Shown here: in pieces, positions 50,931 through 64,000 of the stretch
Layout of the letters: the number at the start of each line of letters is the position of its first letter
Numbering within the stretch: the stretch's first letter is position 1
NCBI GenBank assembly: GCA_028534125.1
Contig: CM052817.1
Span: 55,306,001-55,370,000 of the forward strand
Source of the DNA: Lama glama
Taxonomy: Eukaryota
Length of the DNA stretch: 64,000 bases
Direction of reading: 5' to 3'
Position numbers and translations under genes: made by a program
Notes under the pieces: generated by a model
What the model was told of the DNA's origin: nothing
Seen by the model: only the letters and a program-made list of their open reading frames with translations
Database searches by the model: none

Positions 50931-51774
50931 GGTTCATATGTATTTTGACTTTACTTAGAATGTTGTGAAACATACTAAAACAGTCACTGAGACTAGTGTA
51001 ATTAAATTTTAAATTAACCTTTAATTCACATGTTTAACAGTTACTGAGCACTCATTGTGAACTTCACATTTTTCTAAGTTTTGGTAGTAAAATACTATTG
51101 AAACATTTTCTCAGTCCTGCAAGTCTTTAAGCAGAAGACAGCCAATTGAAGATCCAATTAAAATTTGTCATGAATGACATGATGATATTATATTCAGAGT
51201 TCCATGGCAACACATCAAGAATACTTTAGCTGTTAAAAAAAATGATGTTGGGCAAATAGTACTGAGCATAGAGTTTTATGAAAAGCTGATTTTTATCTCA
51301 ATTTTAAACAATAGGTAAGAGTTAGATAAATTAGAGACAAGATTATTTCATATTGAGGAAACAACACACTTAAAGGTCTGAGATGAGATGAGATAGATGT
51401 TATTGAATGTTGTGGAGAAGACTATGGCAGATCAATGTATATCAAAGAGTATGTGGAATAAGTGAATGTATAGGCATGAGGGTAAGGATAGGAAGAAACT
51501 AGGAAAATAATTTTTAGAAAAATTCTATCATAACTCCAATTGAGTAAAATAAGATATTCTAACTTCCCTTATTTTTAGTTTTCCTAATAATTTTATATCA
51601 GTTGCATTCACTATTCTCCTAAATAAGGTAAGAAAGAAAAAGAAAAGAGCAAGAGAGGAAAACAATCTTCTAAGTGATAATAACGTGGCTTTATATCATC
51701 AATTACTCAAAACTGCAATACTCAAAACTTTAATGGAAAATATGATTTCCTTTTAAACTATTAGGAAAGACATG

Positions 51775-52290
51775 CTTCAGTTAGCCATTGCTGCATGACA
51801 AATCATCCCCAAACACTTAGCAGATTAAAATAATAAACATATATTATTTCTCATAAGAGTATAAGGCTGTATGCAATCCCTCTTCTCTTGGGCAGGCTTG
51901 GCAGGGATTTCTCAAGCATCTGTGGTCAACTGGTAGCCTGAGAATGACTGGTCAAGTAAGGCCTCACTCACATGTCTAATGTATGGTTAGCAGTATTCTG
52001 GGATAACAGAAGTAATGAGATCATGCTTGTGTCATCATCCAGCAGGCTAGTCCATGCTTCTTCACATGGCAGTGCAGACTATTAAAGATAAAACAGAATT
52101 GTACAAGACCTCTTGAAACCTATGCACAGAACTGAGACTGAAACTTTTACTGCTATTAAAGACATCGAAAGGCCAATTAAGTTGCAAGGATGCAAGAGTA
52201 GACATCGTATTTTGATAAGTTTTATGAGGTCACATTGCAATAGAATGTGGATAAAAGGAGGGGTGAAACAGTGGTGAATTTTTAACAAAT
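51775..52290. mobile_element. Old MaLR LTR (MLT1H-like)
   Basis: cagttagccattgctgcatgacaaatcatccccaaac...tcatcatccagcaggctagtcc...ttcttcacatggc. Confidence 0.72.
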
Positions 52291-52829
52291 GAAAACAGAA
52301 AAGGTACCAATAATCAACTCTTACCAGTATTCAACTTTTGTAAGTCAAGGTTATCAAGGTTCTCTCCTCCTCACCCCACTATAACTTTTAACTGCTAATA
52401 GCGTATAATACTGTGTAATAGTTGGTTTTTTTTTCCTGTGGCCAGGCATAGATTTTTAACCAAATAACATTGTGGGAGTCATCAGAAAGTTTTATTTTTC
52501 CAAGGGATGTTTTTATTAACTTGATTTACATATATAAATTTTGTGTAAAGATGGACATTTGTTGTCATCTATTTTAAAACATTTAAAAAACAAAAAATTT
52601 TGTGTTTACAAAAAGTTGATTCTTTGAGATAATCTTAAGCGTTTCTTATGGCTATTTCATCCATACACTTCTTAGAAAAGATAATATGAACTTCTCTAAA
52701 GTTGTAGTCCTTTATTCAACAGATTAATTTTATAGGAGAATGCCAAATTCTTCTTCAGCTTAGTTCACTTTTAAGGCATGTGGTGATAACATTTATTAGC
52801 AAAACTATCAGCTTCAAATTTTCTTTCAG

Positions 52830-52850
52830 ATTCCACAATAGAAATTTCAG
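52830..52850 (+). other. Candidate 21-nt microexon
   Basis: ttttctttcag|ATTCCACAATAGAAATTTCAG|gtaaga; near-consensus sites on both sides and frame-preserving length. Confidence 0.3.
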
Positions 52851-54933
52851 GTAAGATAGCAATTTTTGAATTAAATATCTGTTATTCTGGACATTCTAAA
52901 ATGTCTCAATAGGTAATACAGATTGTCAAAGAGATTAGTCTGGTCCACTTTGGCATCTTCCATTAAACCATGGCCTATACTTAGGGGTAGATTAAGAATT
53001 AGCCTTTTGAGACTACTTTCTATATTTATTTTAACAATACTTATTGTGGATATTTTTTCTACTACATTTTTTTCAGAGGGAAAGAAAAACCATAAGTGAA
53101 TCAGTCTGGTATCCATACAAGGAACAATTATTTCTCATTAACTGCTTGTATTTAGATTATAAATAGTATAGAGTTTTGCAGTTGAGCTGCTTCCACCTTT
53201 GCCTTTGCTGTTAGTGAACATAGAACCAAATTTATGATCCATTACTCTTAACCATATTTTTTGTCCTAATCTCATTTCTGGCTTCTATTTCCCCTTTATT
53301 TCTCTTCCTCCATTATGTTGCATTTATTTTATCTTCTTGTGTATATATTCTTGAAATTGTCTCAAACTGTTTTTGGATCAGTGAATGTTATGAATAAATA
53401 CATATACAAAACATAAAAATAATACTATTTTAAAATGTAAATGTATACTATATTTGATACATTCAGTATAGAGTTGTCAAATGACAGAAATATGACTATT
53501 TAAAATATAATATTTTAAAAGTTTTAATCTTTATAATTCACTAGTTCTTTATTTCACTTCATCTATTTAGTGTTAGTGTCCTAAAGAATTAAAACTAATG
53601 TCACTGAAGTGATGAAATTTTGATAATGTTGTTCAGGATAAAGACTGCATTATTTAAAACACTCCTTTGGGAGTACAGATACTTTTCTGATTTGCAGATG
53701 AAGAAAGAGGTATTGAAAGTTGTGTGTCTTTCCCAAAGCCAAAGTAATTGAAATAAATATATAGAAATTGAAATAGAGAGGTCATATGGTATTATTTTTG
53801 CTTATATTAATAGACTCCTGTGCTTATTTTTTGATTTTCATGGACCCAAAAAATCTTAATTTTTCCATTGAAATTAGAAACCAAAAACTTACTTCTACTT
53901 TATTGATAAGACTGAATAACTAAAAAATTATAAAATGTTTTCTTTGTACTATATTTATTTCTTAAAGTGAGAACACTCGAAAATGGTGCTTATTATAAGA
54001 ACACCTGACAGTATAGGAAACTTCAGATGTAGATCAATTTTAGCTACTAATAAGCAATGCTTTTTCAGGAACATCACTTAACCATATTTATACTTTTTTT
54101 CCTCTCTAATGTAAGTGAAATCAACTCTTACTTCCAGCCCTAATATTCTATGATTTTCTTTTGTACTATTATTAGGATCTTACAGTAATTCATACACAAG
54201 TAATTTTTCAAGCTCAACTATAAAATTATTCTGTATGTTCTACTTCATTTCCTTTCATACCATCTTTTAAAGAAACACTAATATAAAGTGATATGTTTCA
54301 ATTCATTAAAAATAAATGTATAAGCACAAAACACAGTGGCAAATAAAAATAACTATATGCCAATAGGAAAAAAAATTATACATTATCCTATAATGACTAT
54401 TTCCATTTTTGTCCCTCAATATACATAGTTTGTACAGATACAATTTTGTCTTCTTCCCTTCAGCTATGAGTATCCTATGCCATTGCCTATTTGTTATGTA
54501 ACTTTTATATTTTTAATTATATGATATTTGATTAAGTAAAACCATCAAAATTAGCATTCTTTGGATGTATTATGTAGACATACCTTAGTGTACGACTATT
54601 ACTGATGTTATTATAATTAACATTTTTATGCATGTAGTTGTCAGTGCTTTAGTCTTGTTATTTTTAGGATTAAATTTCAAGATAAGGACAAAGTCAAGAG
54701 TGGAACAGTAGTGTCTTGCAAATGATTCATACTTTTTAACATATTGCTTAGATTTATGATATTAATCTTATTAATTAACATACAGAACCATGCATTGAGA
54801 ATGTTATTTTTAAATAGTGTTTATTCCAAAAAACTTATTAGTAATAGTAAATAATATACAGTGAAAGAACCTGGGAGAATTTGACAATATCGTGAATTAA
54901 TTGCTTTTAAATATTATTTCTACATGTAGCTAG

Positions 54934-55147
54934 CAAGGGCCAGCAAACTCTGATTGTGAATTAAGACCAGATAATGAATATTTCAGCCTTTGAGGGCTGA
55001 GCAGGCTCTGTCACAGCTCCCTGTCACTGCCATTGCAGCTGAAGGTCAGCTGTATATCATTGGTAAACAAATGGGCATAAATAGTAGTTTTCCAATAAAA
55101 GTTTATATACAAGCATAGGCGGTTGAGTGTATTTTACCAACTCTTGA
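54934..55147. mobile_element. MER58A-like hAT MITE
   Basis: caagggccagcaaact...gaccagataatgaatatttcagccttt...tctgtcacagctc...ttccaataaaagtttatatacaa...ttaccaactcttg. Confidence 0.78.
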
Positions 55148-55324
55148 TACAATGTCCCACTGCTAAGTGATTCATTATTTTTGAACATTTTTATGAGACT
55201 AAATGGAAATTAAATTTTTATTTATTATAAATGGGAAGAGTCATGGCATAAACAAAAGCAATCATAATTTTAGTGATTGTCCCCCAAATTATTTTTTCTC
55301 TTTTTCTTGTTGGATGAGATTTTT

Positions 55325-55565
55325 ATTTATTTATTCACTCCCTCAATCATTCATCCAACAAACATTTATAAAGTTCTCATTTTGTGTTAAGCCTTGTGTA
55401 AACATTAGGATGTAACTGTGGTTAACCCAAGGAACTGTGGTCTAGGGAGACATAAAAGCATATTAAAAAATAACAAATAGTTAATGTGTATTAATTGTTA
55501 ATAAGTTCTATGAAGACAATGAAAATTGTATGAGACTAAATAACAGGGGCACTCTTTGATTTAGA
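55325..55565 (-). mobile_element. LINE-2 3' relic
   Basis: cattcatccaacaaacatttat...ccaaggaactgtggtctagggagaca...ataagttctatgaaga. Confidence 0.6.
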
Positions 55566-57344
55566 AATTAGTGCAAGTTAATACCAACATAATTATCTGA
55601 AACACCAGGCTCTCATACCATATAAACTATATTTTTATTTTGTTATGTGAAAATGTATACAGACTTTTCCAAAGCATAACATAATATGCATTAGGAAATG
55701 GGAGTATTATGATAGAACTGTTGTTTTAATTTATGTAAGCAACCACTAATTCATTAGAATGTCATTCTTCACTGATTATCTAATTTTATACCACTTATTG
55801 CAATACACATTTTAGGAAATTATGAAAGACAAGAGAAATAAATACCCATATTTAAATCTATAGTTACACTACCAATCTTCTTAATATTTCAATTTGCCAG
55901 AGCTCCCTTAGATAATTCTTGAGTAGTGAAATTAGTATATCTAAGCTTCTTTTAGGCTTGTGATTGAGTCTGACTCTTTCATCTCTGAGAGACACTGTTT
56001 AGGTGTGACCCTTTTAGACTAGTGAGTATTAAAACTGAGTAATGAGTATTAAATATTAATGGCAGAAAGTAACTCATGAAAAATGCTACTCATCTAATTA
56101 TGAATATGCCAGTGGACAGTGAATTTATTTATTGTTCAATAAAAGACAGCAAAATGTCTACAAAAGGAAAAAATAGTATCTTCACTATAATACATTGATA
56201 TTCTCCTGACTGTAAATCAATAAATCACACACTTGATGGGAAGAGACTCTTTTTTAAGATGCTCTATACTGTTTTTTTCTTGTAGTTACAGTTCTCTGAT
56301 CTGCATTATATGATAAAATATATACATAAGAATTTTAGGAGAATTATATTATTTTTTTAGTCCTAATTCAAAGTGAATCATTATGTTGCTGATTGTTCAC
56401 TTCCAGTAGTGTCCTGGTAAATGCTATTAATTTTCAGAAATGGATTGAAAGTAAAATTGACATGTAAAAGAACATCAACAAAAAAATCCCTTCAGCTTCC
56501 ATCAGAGTAGCAGGAGGAGACTACAAGAAAAGTGAAACGAGAGAGCTCCCTTACAGTGATATAATATTTCTAAGCTTTAGCAAACTCAATTACTGTCAGT
56601 CAAATGAGACAAATGGGTAAAGTAATTGTGGACTCACCTCTGTTGACACTGACTACTACAGCCTAGGAGCTACAACTAAATAATGGTTTGTATCTTAAAT
56701 GCTCAAACACATTTCCCTTGTCAAGAGTAAATAAGACTATTTTTTTCTGTAATTTTCAAGTCAAGCATTGTTTGTGAGCTGAATTTGCCTGGTTCCCTTA
56801 AAAAAAAACACACACACACAGACATTAGAAAGTAACAGCATAATGTGATAAAAAGAACAATAGCAACAGAATCAAAATGGTTTAGCAGGAGTCTGAGATT
56901 TGCTGCTTACTAGGTACATGGCATTAAGACAAGTTATCTAATCTCTTTTGTACCTTAATCTTTTCAAGTGTAAAGAGTGAATCTTAATCTATTAGGGGAT
57001 TTTTATAGAGACCAAGTAATATGAGAATAAAATACCTTACTGTAATAATGATAATAATAAAATTTATAATAAATAAACCATAGTTTTATATGTATAGTAA
57101 CATATAATTATATTTTAAAACTTAGTTTTATTATTATGTAACTTTTCAATGGTGAGATAAGTTTTAGTTTATTTTCATAATTAAATACCTAATCTCCCAG
57201 CCACATGAAAGGATTATAATTGATTAATTCAGTAAATTTTTTTTGTTCAGCAAATATTTACTTAGTGCCTACTGTGTTCCAGGCATCGTTCTAGGCAGCA
57301 GGATATATTGGTAATTATTAGAAATAATGTTGAAGTCTTAGATT

Positions 57345-57700
57345 TATTTTTCATTTGGAAATTTTTATAGTACACTAAAAAATTACAAAAAATACCAACC
57401 AGTTCTCATTTATCCTCCGCCTTGAATAAAAATGTATTAGCATTGTTCCATAGTTGTTTGATACACACACATTTATACACATACACACATATGTCTGAAT
57501 CATTTTTAAAGAAGCTTAGAGATAACATGACTATTCACTCAATATTTTCAGCATGCATCACCTAACTATTTAACAACATACCAGCTCCCAAGAAAGTTAA
57601 CAATAATTCTATAATGTTTTGTAAAATTCACATCTGCATTCAGGTTTTTGCAGATGTCCCCAAACTGCTCTTCTACATTGTATTTCTAGGATCAAAAATA
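57345..57700 (-). mobile_element. Old L1MC/ME 3' fragment
   Basis: tctgaatcattttt...tattttcagcatgcatcaccta...cccaagaaagttaacaataattct. Confidence 0.6.
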
Positions 57701-58273
57701 CCAGAAACTGAACAAACTGGGTATAGAGGGAACATACCTCAACATAATAAAGGCCATATATTGCAAGGTAGCATGTTTGCTATTTTCAAAATCAATAGAA
57801 AACATTTTATACTCTAAATATCTGAAAAATATTTCTTAAAAGTTTCACTACTTGTTTATTCTTTTAATTTGTCAAAAGTGTCTCTTCTGTCTTTTCAAAT
57901 TGTTCTATGAATAAATTTTATTCTGCATAATGAAAAGTCACTCATCAGGGGATTACCGCTTTCTCAGAACCTTGGGATAGCTAGTAGAAAACTAGTCAGC
58001 CTGACATAAATGGCTATAACCCTCAACAAGGTGCATATGAGGCCCTGTTTTTAGACTTTGGACAACTGGTAGAGCAAGAGAGAAAAGAACACTTATGAGG
58101 TAAAATTTGTACTGCCACAGCCCTCTACCTGGGGAGAATTCCTCAAGCACAATAGAAGTTCTAAAATATTTAAGTCAGTAATAATAACAACAATAAATAT
58201 ATCAAAATTATAGTATGTAGCTGCAACAGTGATTAAAGGCAATGTTTTAATTTAAATCATGGCATTTGACAAA

Positions 58274-58284
58274 GTGTGTGTATA

Positions 58285-58336
<52 letters not shown>

Positions 58337-58400
58337 TGAATCACTTCTCTGTACACAAGAAACTAATGCTACATTGTAAATTAACTATACTTTAATTTAA
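58274..58400 (+). mobile_element. Short L1 3' end headed by a (TG)n(TA)n microsatellite
   Basis: (TG)n(TA)n at 58274-58332, then aactgaatcacttctctgtacacaagaaactaatgctacattgtaaattaactatac. Confidence 0.82.
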
Positions 58401-58409
58401 AACATGATT

Positions 58410-58975
58410 ACAAAAGAGATAAAAAACCCAGAAGTGTAAGATCAGTAATCTAAGTTCCTCCTTAGAAGCTAGAAAAAGATAACAAAAAAGCCTCAAAATA
58501 AGTACCAAAAAAATTAAATAAAAAGCCTAAATTTGGGTTTATTAATCTGAAAACCAACAGAAAATGGAGAAAAATAAGAAATGGTAAAGTGGTACTTTGG
58601 AAAAATTAATAAACTCCAAAAAAGCCTTACAAAAAGAAAACAGAAAACACAAGTTAACAAAGTCATGAATGAAGCAGAGGATATGTTTTTATATCCTAAA
58701 TGTATTGAAGAGCTAATAAGGAATATGAACAACTATATACCAATAAATTTCATTACATAAATTAAATGGAACAATCCTTGAAAAATACAAATTTTCATAA
58801 TCTATGTAAAATATGGCTAGCTCAATGCTTATTAAAGAAACTGAATTTATAATTTAAAAATTTACACAAAAATATTCCAGTATAGATGATATCACTGATA
58901 AACTATATTAATCATTTATGAAAGAAATAGTATCAATTTTATACAAACTCAAAATCCAGAAGAAAGAGTACTTAT
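58410..58975 (+). mobile_element. Old L1 ORF2 fragment
   Basis: ctaagttcctccttagaagctagaaaaag; tatgaacaactatataccaataaattt; ccttgaaaaatacaa. Confidence 0.75.
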
Positions 58976-58977
58976 TT

Positions 58978-59880
58978 TATCAGACAGGGATTGATCAGAG
59001 AGAGAAATAGGACCCTAATAGTGATGTTACACTGTGAATTTGGTGTAAGCATCATACCTCACACAGTTGTGAGAGCTGATGAGGAAGTCTTTTGCCTCTG
59101 TATCTGGTGTTTTGCCTGAAGTTGCTGTGAAGCAAAACAGAACGAGCCATGTGGGGAAGCTGGCCACTGACTGAAACATATCAGGGTAACCTGGGCCTTA
59201 GGAAGCAAAACTGAAACAGACATCTTTCACTACTTACAACATTGATGAAGTAGGTGATCTGCAGTGGAAGCTGGACACTCCACCTTGGAGCAGTACCTGC
59301 CCTGGAAATTGAAGCCCTGAAGAAGGAGGTGACTTTGGAACTAAGAGAACCCCAGACTTAGCTATTACACACCAACAAGATAAGCCAGCAGATCAGTAGT
59401 AACAGGCAACTAAATGTTGCAACAGCATCTGGCACTCAATCAACCTTCAGAACATCATGGCCTTGCTCCATTTTGTCAGCTCCGATCCAGAGTCATATAG
59501 GTAAGGGCATTCTGGAAAATGTACCTGAAGTGTAGCAATGTTGACACAGAACAAAGTCATACTGTCCACTTCTTGGCAATCTGGCATTCATAACCATCTT
59601 TTTTAACTACACTTACAAATAAAGACAACACCAAAACCATAGTTCTATATAATGTGATACTGCTATCCCAAATACAGTGAAAACACGCAAATAGCTTCCC
59701 CCCAAATAAATATACACTCTCTCTATCCATGTTTAGGTGAGGATCAGTCCTTTTCTACCTGGGTTAGATTCTCTTTTGATGTACTGTATTTACAATACTT
59801 AGATAGAAGGTTGACTATAATTGATATATTATGTTAGCAGGAAGGGAAATGAGATAAAAAAGTGGAAAAATAGTTATTTA
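58978..59880. mobile_element. Old ERVL-class LTR, probably with adjacent internal sequence
   Basis: tatcagacaggg...acctcacacagttgtgagagctg...gggcattctggaaaatgta; GC-elevated block interrupting L1. Confidence 0.5.
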
Positions 59881-61284
59881 CTATACACACAAATATAATG
59901 AGTTCCTTTATACTATAAATCATAAAACATTGCTGTGCAAAATATAAAAGAATCCTTTTCATCGTCTTTAGGTTTCTCCACTTTTGGGTTTTTACTCCCA
60001 CATGACTGGAAGTCTCTTGACAGGAGAGCTGATTTGACTGACTTCTCGACTTTCAGGACTCTGAGAAAATACCCTTCAGATAAATTATTTCTAATCATAA
60101 TTTAAAATATCTTGTCCTCAGCTTTACACTTTCTCATTAAAATCTGCTTTAACCATTTTTGCATTAATCCTAAATTTTAATTGCATCTATTTCTAAGCTT
60201 TCTTGTATATGCTCTATCAAAGTTGAATGTTATTTTCATGGAGTTAGAAACAATACTTCTTTTGTTAACCACAACAAATCTGGAGTCATACACAATGCCT
60301 GAGACAATTTAGGTTTGCAAATATTTTCTGAAAAGGAGAATCCAAATTCTTCTTCCTAACCCACGTCATATTTGTTTTTCTTCATATATTTTAGGCTTAG
60401 AATCTTTCCACTGGATCAGGCCAGAAGTCTTCTATGACCTCTCCTTACTTGCCTGCTGATTTTAAGCAGTCTTAAAGGCATTAGTTCATTATCCTTACTC
60501 TTGATTGTGCATTTATTTCTCATCTTCTATCTGCCATTGTCTTAGGTCAGACCTCACTACTTCACTCCGATTTTAATCTGTTCACCTACAACGATTCTTA
60601 CCTATTCTGTTATAATTCCTTAGTCAAACTGGTCTCTCTAGCATAGATATTTCTGACTATGCTGTTCTTAAGTCCTTCACTGACTTATTTTAGTCAGTGT
60701 TTTATTCATTCTTGTGCTACATTCTCACCTTATGACCTCTGTATGATTTGCACTCTTCCTTGTTGTTCTTTAATATCTTTCTATTTTGCACATACTGTTT
60801 TTTTTCTGTCTGTATTATATGGTTTTTCCCCAGCCCTTTCTTGATATGAACAGCTCCTAATTAAAACTACATAGGAAGTGACCCTTTGCATACTTCTCTC
60901 CTAGTGTTGCATTATCCAGTGGGTAAGCTATGAGTACCAAAAAAAGACAACAGGCAAACAATATCAAAGGTTTTGAAAGAAATGAAAGTATTTTCTATTA
61001 TTTTTACTTGATATGTTTGTATATTAGGCATCAAAATATCTAATCTGGAGGGAAATCTTAGTTTTGTTGGAATTCTTATTAATTATTCAAATATAGTATA
61101 ATAATTAAGAGCATATTATCAGGAGTTACATTGTCTAAATTGAAGTCCTGACTCTGCTTCCTACCAGCTGTGCATAACTGTCCTTTACATCCTCATAAAT
61201 TAATCTGTATAAATAATTTAGAATAATGCTAAGTGCATATTCAATGTTCAATAAATCTTGCCTACATTTATTTATAATTATTAG

Positions 61285-61287
<3 letters not shown>

Positions 61288-61316
<29 letters not shown>
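61288..61316. repeat. T29 mononucleotide run
   Basis: Perfect run; no TSD or attached element recognised. Confidence 0.95.
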
Positions 61317-61318
<2 letters not shown>

Positions 61319-64000
61319 TTCCAAAGGTCTTCAAGCTTGTAGGTCATGTCTACATCTTACAAGGAAATCCACTGACAGGCTCTGACAACACTCAGAAATT
61401 ATTTATTTCTTGCTCCATTGTGGGTTTATTTATTTGGTTCTCCACTAGACATAAGAACCTTGAAGGTCAAATTCTTCCTTCAGTCGGTACAGTTACATAA
61501 TTTTGTCATTTTGTCAGCATATGTAACTAGCCATTTCACTTATATGTCCATCAGGCAGGACAGGTCCCCCTGGATGTAGGATGGAAAAATTTTTAAGAGA
61601 TAAATAAATAGCATGAAGAAATGGGTCTAATTAAGAAAATGAGGACAATTTTGAGATTGAAGACCATCTTGATATATAATAAATTCTGGGAAGACGGTAA
61701 GCAAGAGTTCAGGAAGGGTAGGTAGAGTTAGCGAAGGTCTTCACATTGTCTGTTGAATAAGAATGTGTTGATTCAGAACTGCTTTTTCAGACCAACTTGT
61801 CTAGTCCTAGTTTTACCCTGCTGACTAAAGATGCTCTATTCAGTTTCAGATATCCTGAAATGCTAAGAAGTATGCATTATCTGCAATAGATATTTATTAA
61901 ATTTTGGAAATGATATTATTAAGCAGAATTGTTATTTTTCAGTTATTATTTCTCATAAATAATCAAATAAGAAATGAACTGAAATCATTAAAAGCTGTGT
62001 CTCTCCTGTCTGTATTAAATTCTATAGCCCACCATTAAATCCTTCACATTTACTCTTCTGGTTGTTCATGTGATATGCCATCTGCAGATATTGCAATTGA
62101 TATTGAGGATTTATGTCAAAATGAATAAATAAATATGAACTTGTTAAAAAAATATTGGCAGCGTTTTTGAGCAGAGTTTTTTCCCACAGAAAATGTACAC
62201 TCTTATAAAAATCATGTGAATTCATTTCCTATTTCAAAAAATTATATAATGAACTAAAACATTAAATAATATGCTGACAGTTTATATAAATACATTTATT
62301 CTAGTATACTTAATTTTGAAAAATAAATATTAATAATTATAGTTTTGAATTAATTTTGAGTGTGCTGTCTTTTGGCAAGCTTAGGACATTTGTACATTTC
62401 CTCTCATTTTTTCTTAACTATATGCTATTATTATTTATATAATTTAGTACTGACAGTATTTAAATAGTTTCATGGCTTAACCAAAGTTACAGAATATATC
62501 ATTAGAGGAACTGTCTTTAAAATACCAGGCTTTTGCACTTGCAGGGCTATGTTTAATGTTTATCTTAAGAGTATACATAATCTAAATGCAGTGTTCATTC
62601 ACTTATCCTCAATAAGAGGTAATATTCCCCAGATAGTTTCAGAAAGTATTTTATAGAATGTTTGGTAATTAAGTGTTGATGACTGTCTAGTATTCATTAT
62701 CATCAATCATCTCTAATGTTAAAATATTTTCATTGACTACAAATTGTGGGGCATAGTGTTTAAGCTGTAGGAACATATATTTGTAGAGAAATGTGCCTCC
62801 TTCTCTCTAGATCTAAGCTGAAAGAAAAAGGATTATGTGTATTAAACAAAGCAAAAATGATAATCCACATAAGCATGCCTAAGCTAAATGTATGTCAAAA
62901 AGAAATGAGTCCTCTAAGGATGCTAATGTTCTAGTCGAATATCACTGTAATGAGTTTTTTTTCTGCTCTACCAAAAAATGAGATGTTAGGGAAGGGGAAA
63001 AATAGACAAGAATTTATCTCAAGTGAGAAGAATGATATGATAACCACAAAGGCGAGTACAAACTGTTCACAGTATATATTGAGAAAAGTATAACATAAAA
63101 AAGTACAACATAAAACAAAAAAAATCAAAAGATTTGAGTGACGTATTGAAAGAATTTAAGTCAAATATTGGCATGACTAAATAATGTTTTAGAGAAAATG
63201 CTGCGAAAAGGTATGTTAGATGCTAAACTTACTCAAAAATGTTTTTAAAAGTGTATTTATTAAAAAAAAAGATGTTAGATGAATTAGATGGGGTAAGTTG
63301 GAGTTAGGAATAAGTCATTACAGTAAGCTTATAGATGATGGCAGAAGTTTATGGCGTTTAGGAAGACAAAATAATCCATAGGTATGTGGAATAAGAGATG
63401 AAGTATTATTGTATGTTCGAGTAAGTGAAGTAACAAGAGTCAGTCTATCATTTTGCAGCTGAGTAATAATAAGGATGTCAGCATAGAATCTATATTGTGG
63501 GAAAAGATGACAAATTGGATGTTAAGTGATCCAGGGGCATCCAGGTATACCATAAAGCTGATGAATGGCACAAAGTTATCTCCACAGAGGTAAGATTTCA
63601 AGTTCTATGAATACATAAGCTTCATGAACCAGTAGCTACCCATATAAGGAAAAGCAAGTATACTTGAGACCATTCCTGGAGTTCAACATTTATAGTCAGT
63701 TACTAAATTAAGTGATTCATGGATCTTTGGCGTATATGAATACTCACTACATTCCTTACATCGTAACTTCCCTTCATTCTAACCCACAAAATTTTGCTAG
63801 GTCATTTCAACAAGCTCTCTAACAGCTAATTAAGATATATATATATACACACATGCATATATATATATATTAAAAAAACACTGGATAATTATAAAATCTG
63901 TCTAATTAACAATTAAGACTTTACCTATAATACATGTAAATATTTTCTCAGCTACCCAAAGATGACTGCAGTAGGACTCATTCCAGTACTTCAAATCAAA

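Noticed and set aside
59913..60098. Protein-like ORF (VLKVEKSVKS...KVEKPKDDEKD)
   Set aside because: No recognisable homology, no convincing splice pair and no retrocopy hallmarks.
1..64000. CRISPR arrays, tRNA/rRNA genes, NUMT or intact retroviral genes
   Set aside because: None seen: no regularly spaced repeats, structural RNA motifs or gag/pol/env reading frames were recognised.

Overview
This is AT-rich, repeat-dense eutherian nuclear DNA. It is most likely camelid: the young L1 3' ends are of cetartiodactyl type and I saw no Bov-tA, BovB, CHR or PRE-1 SINEs (inference from recalled consensus motifs). No cellular protein-coding gene could be identified with confidence, and almost all ORFs in the supplied track are chance or repeat-derived. 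The best-supported contents are: (1) a 5'-complete L1 at 1345-4498 whose ORF1 is joined almost directly to the last ~370 bp of ORF2, with a 3' transduction and target-site duplications (TSDs); (2) a processed retrocopy of ATP5MJ (MP68/6.8PL) at 21875-22241 with an uninterrupted 59-codon ORF, poly(A) signal, tail and TSDs; (3) two 5'-inverted (twin-primed) L1s that break at nearly the same ORF2 position; (4) a MER2-type transposon split by two nested L1 insertions; (5) the 5' half of an older L1 on the minus strand at ~37775-41378; (6) many MaLR/ERVL LTRs, Tigger/hAT MITEs, MIR/L2 relics and microsatellites. A chain of small splice-site-flanked plus-strand segments may belong to an unrecognised host transcript, but this is weak. 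I see no evidence for a wholly new biological system; the most interesting signals concern L1 retrotransposition mechanics. Repeat family names come from memory of consensus sequences, and boundaries of old repeats are approximate.
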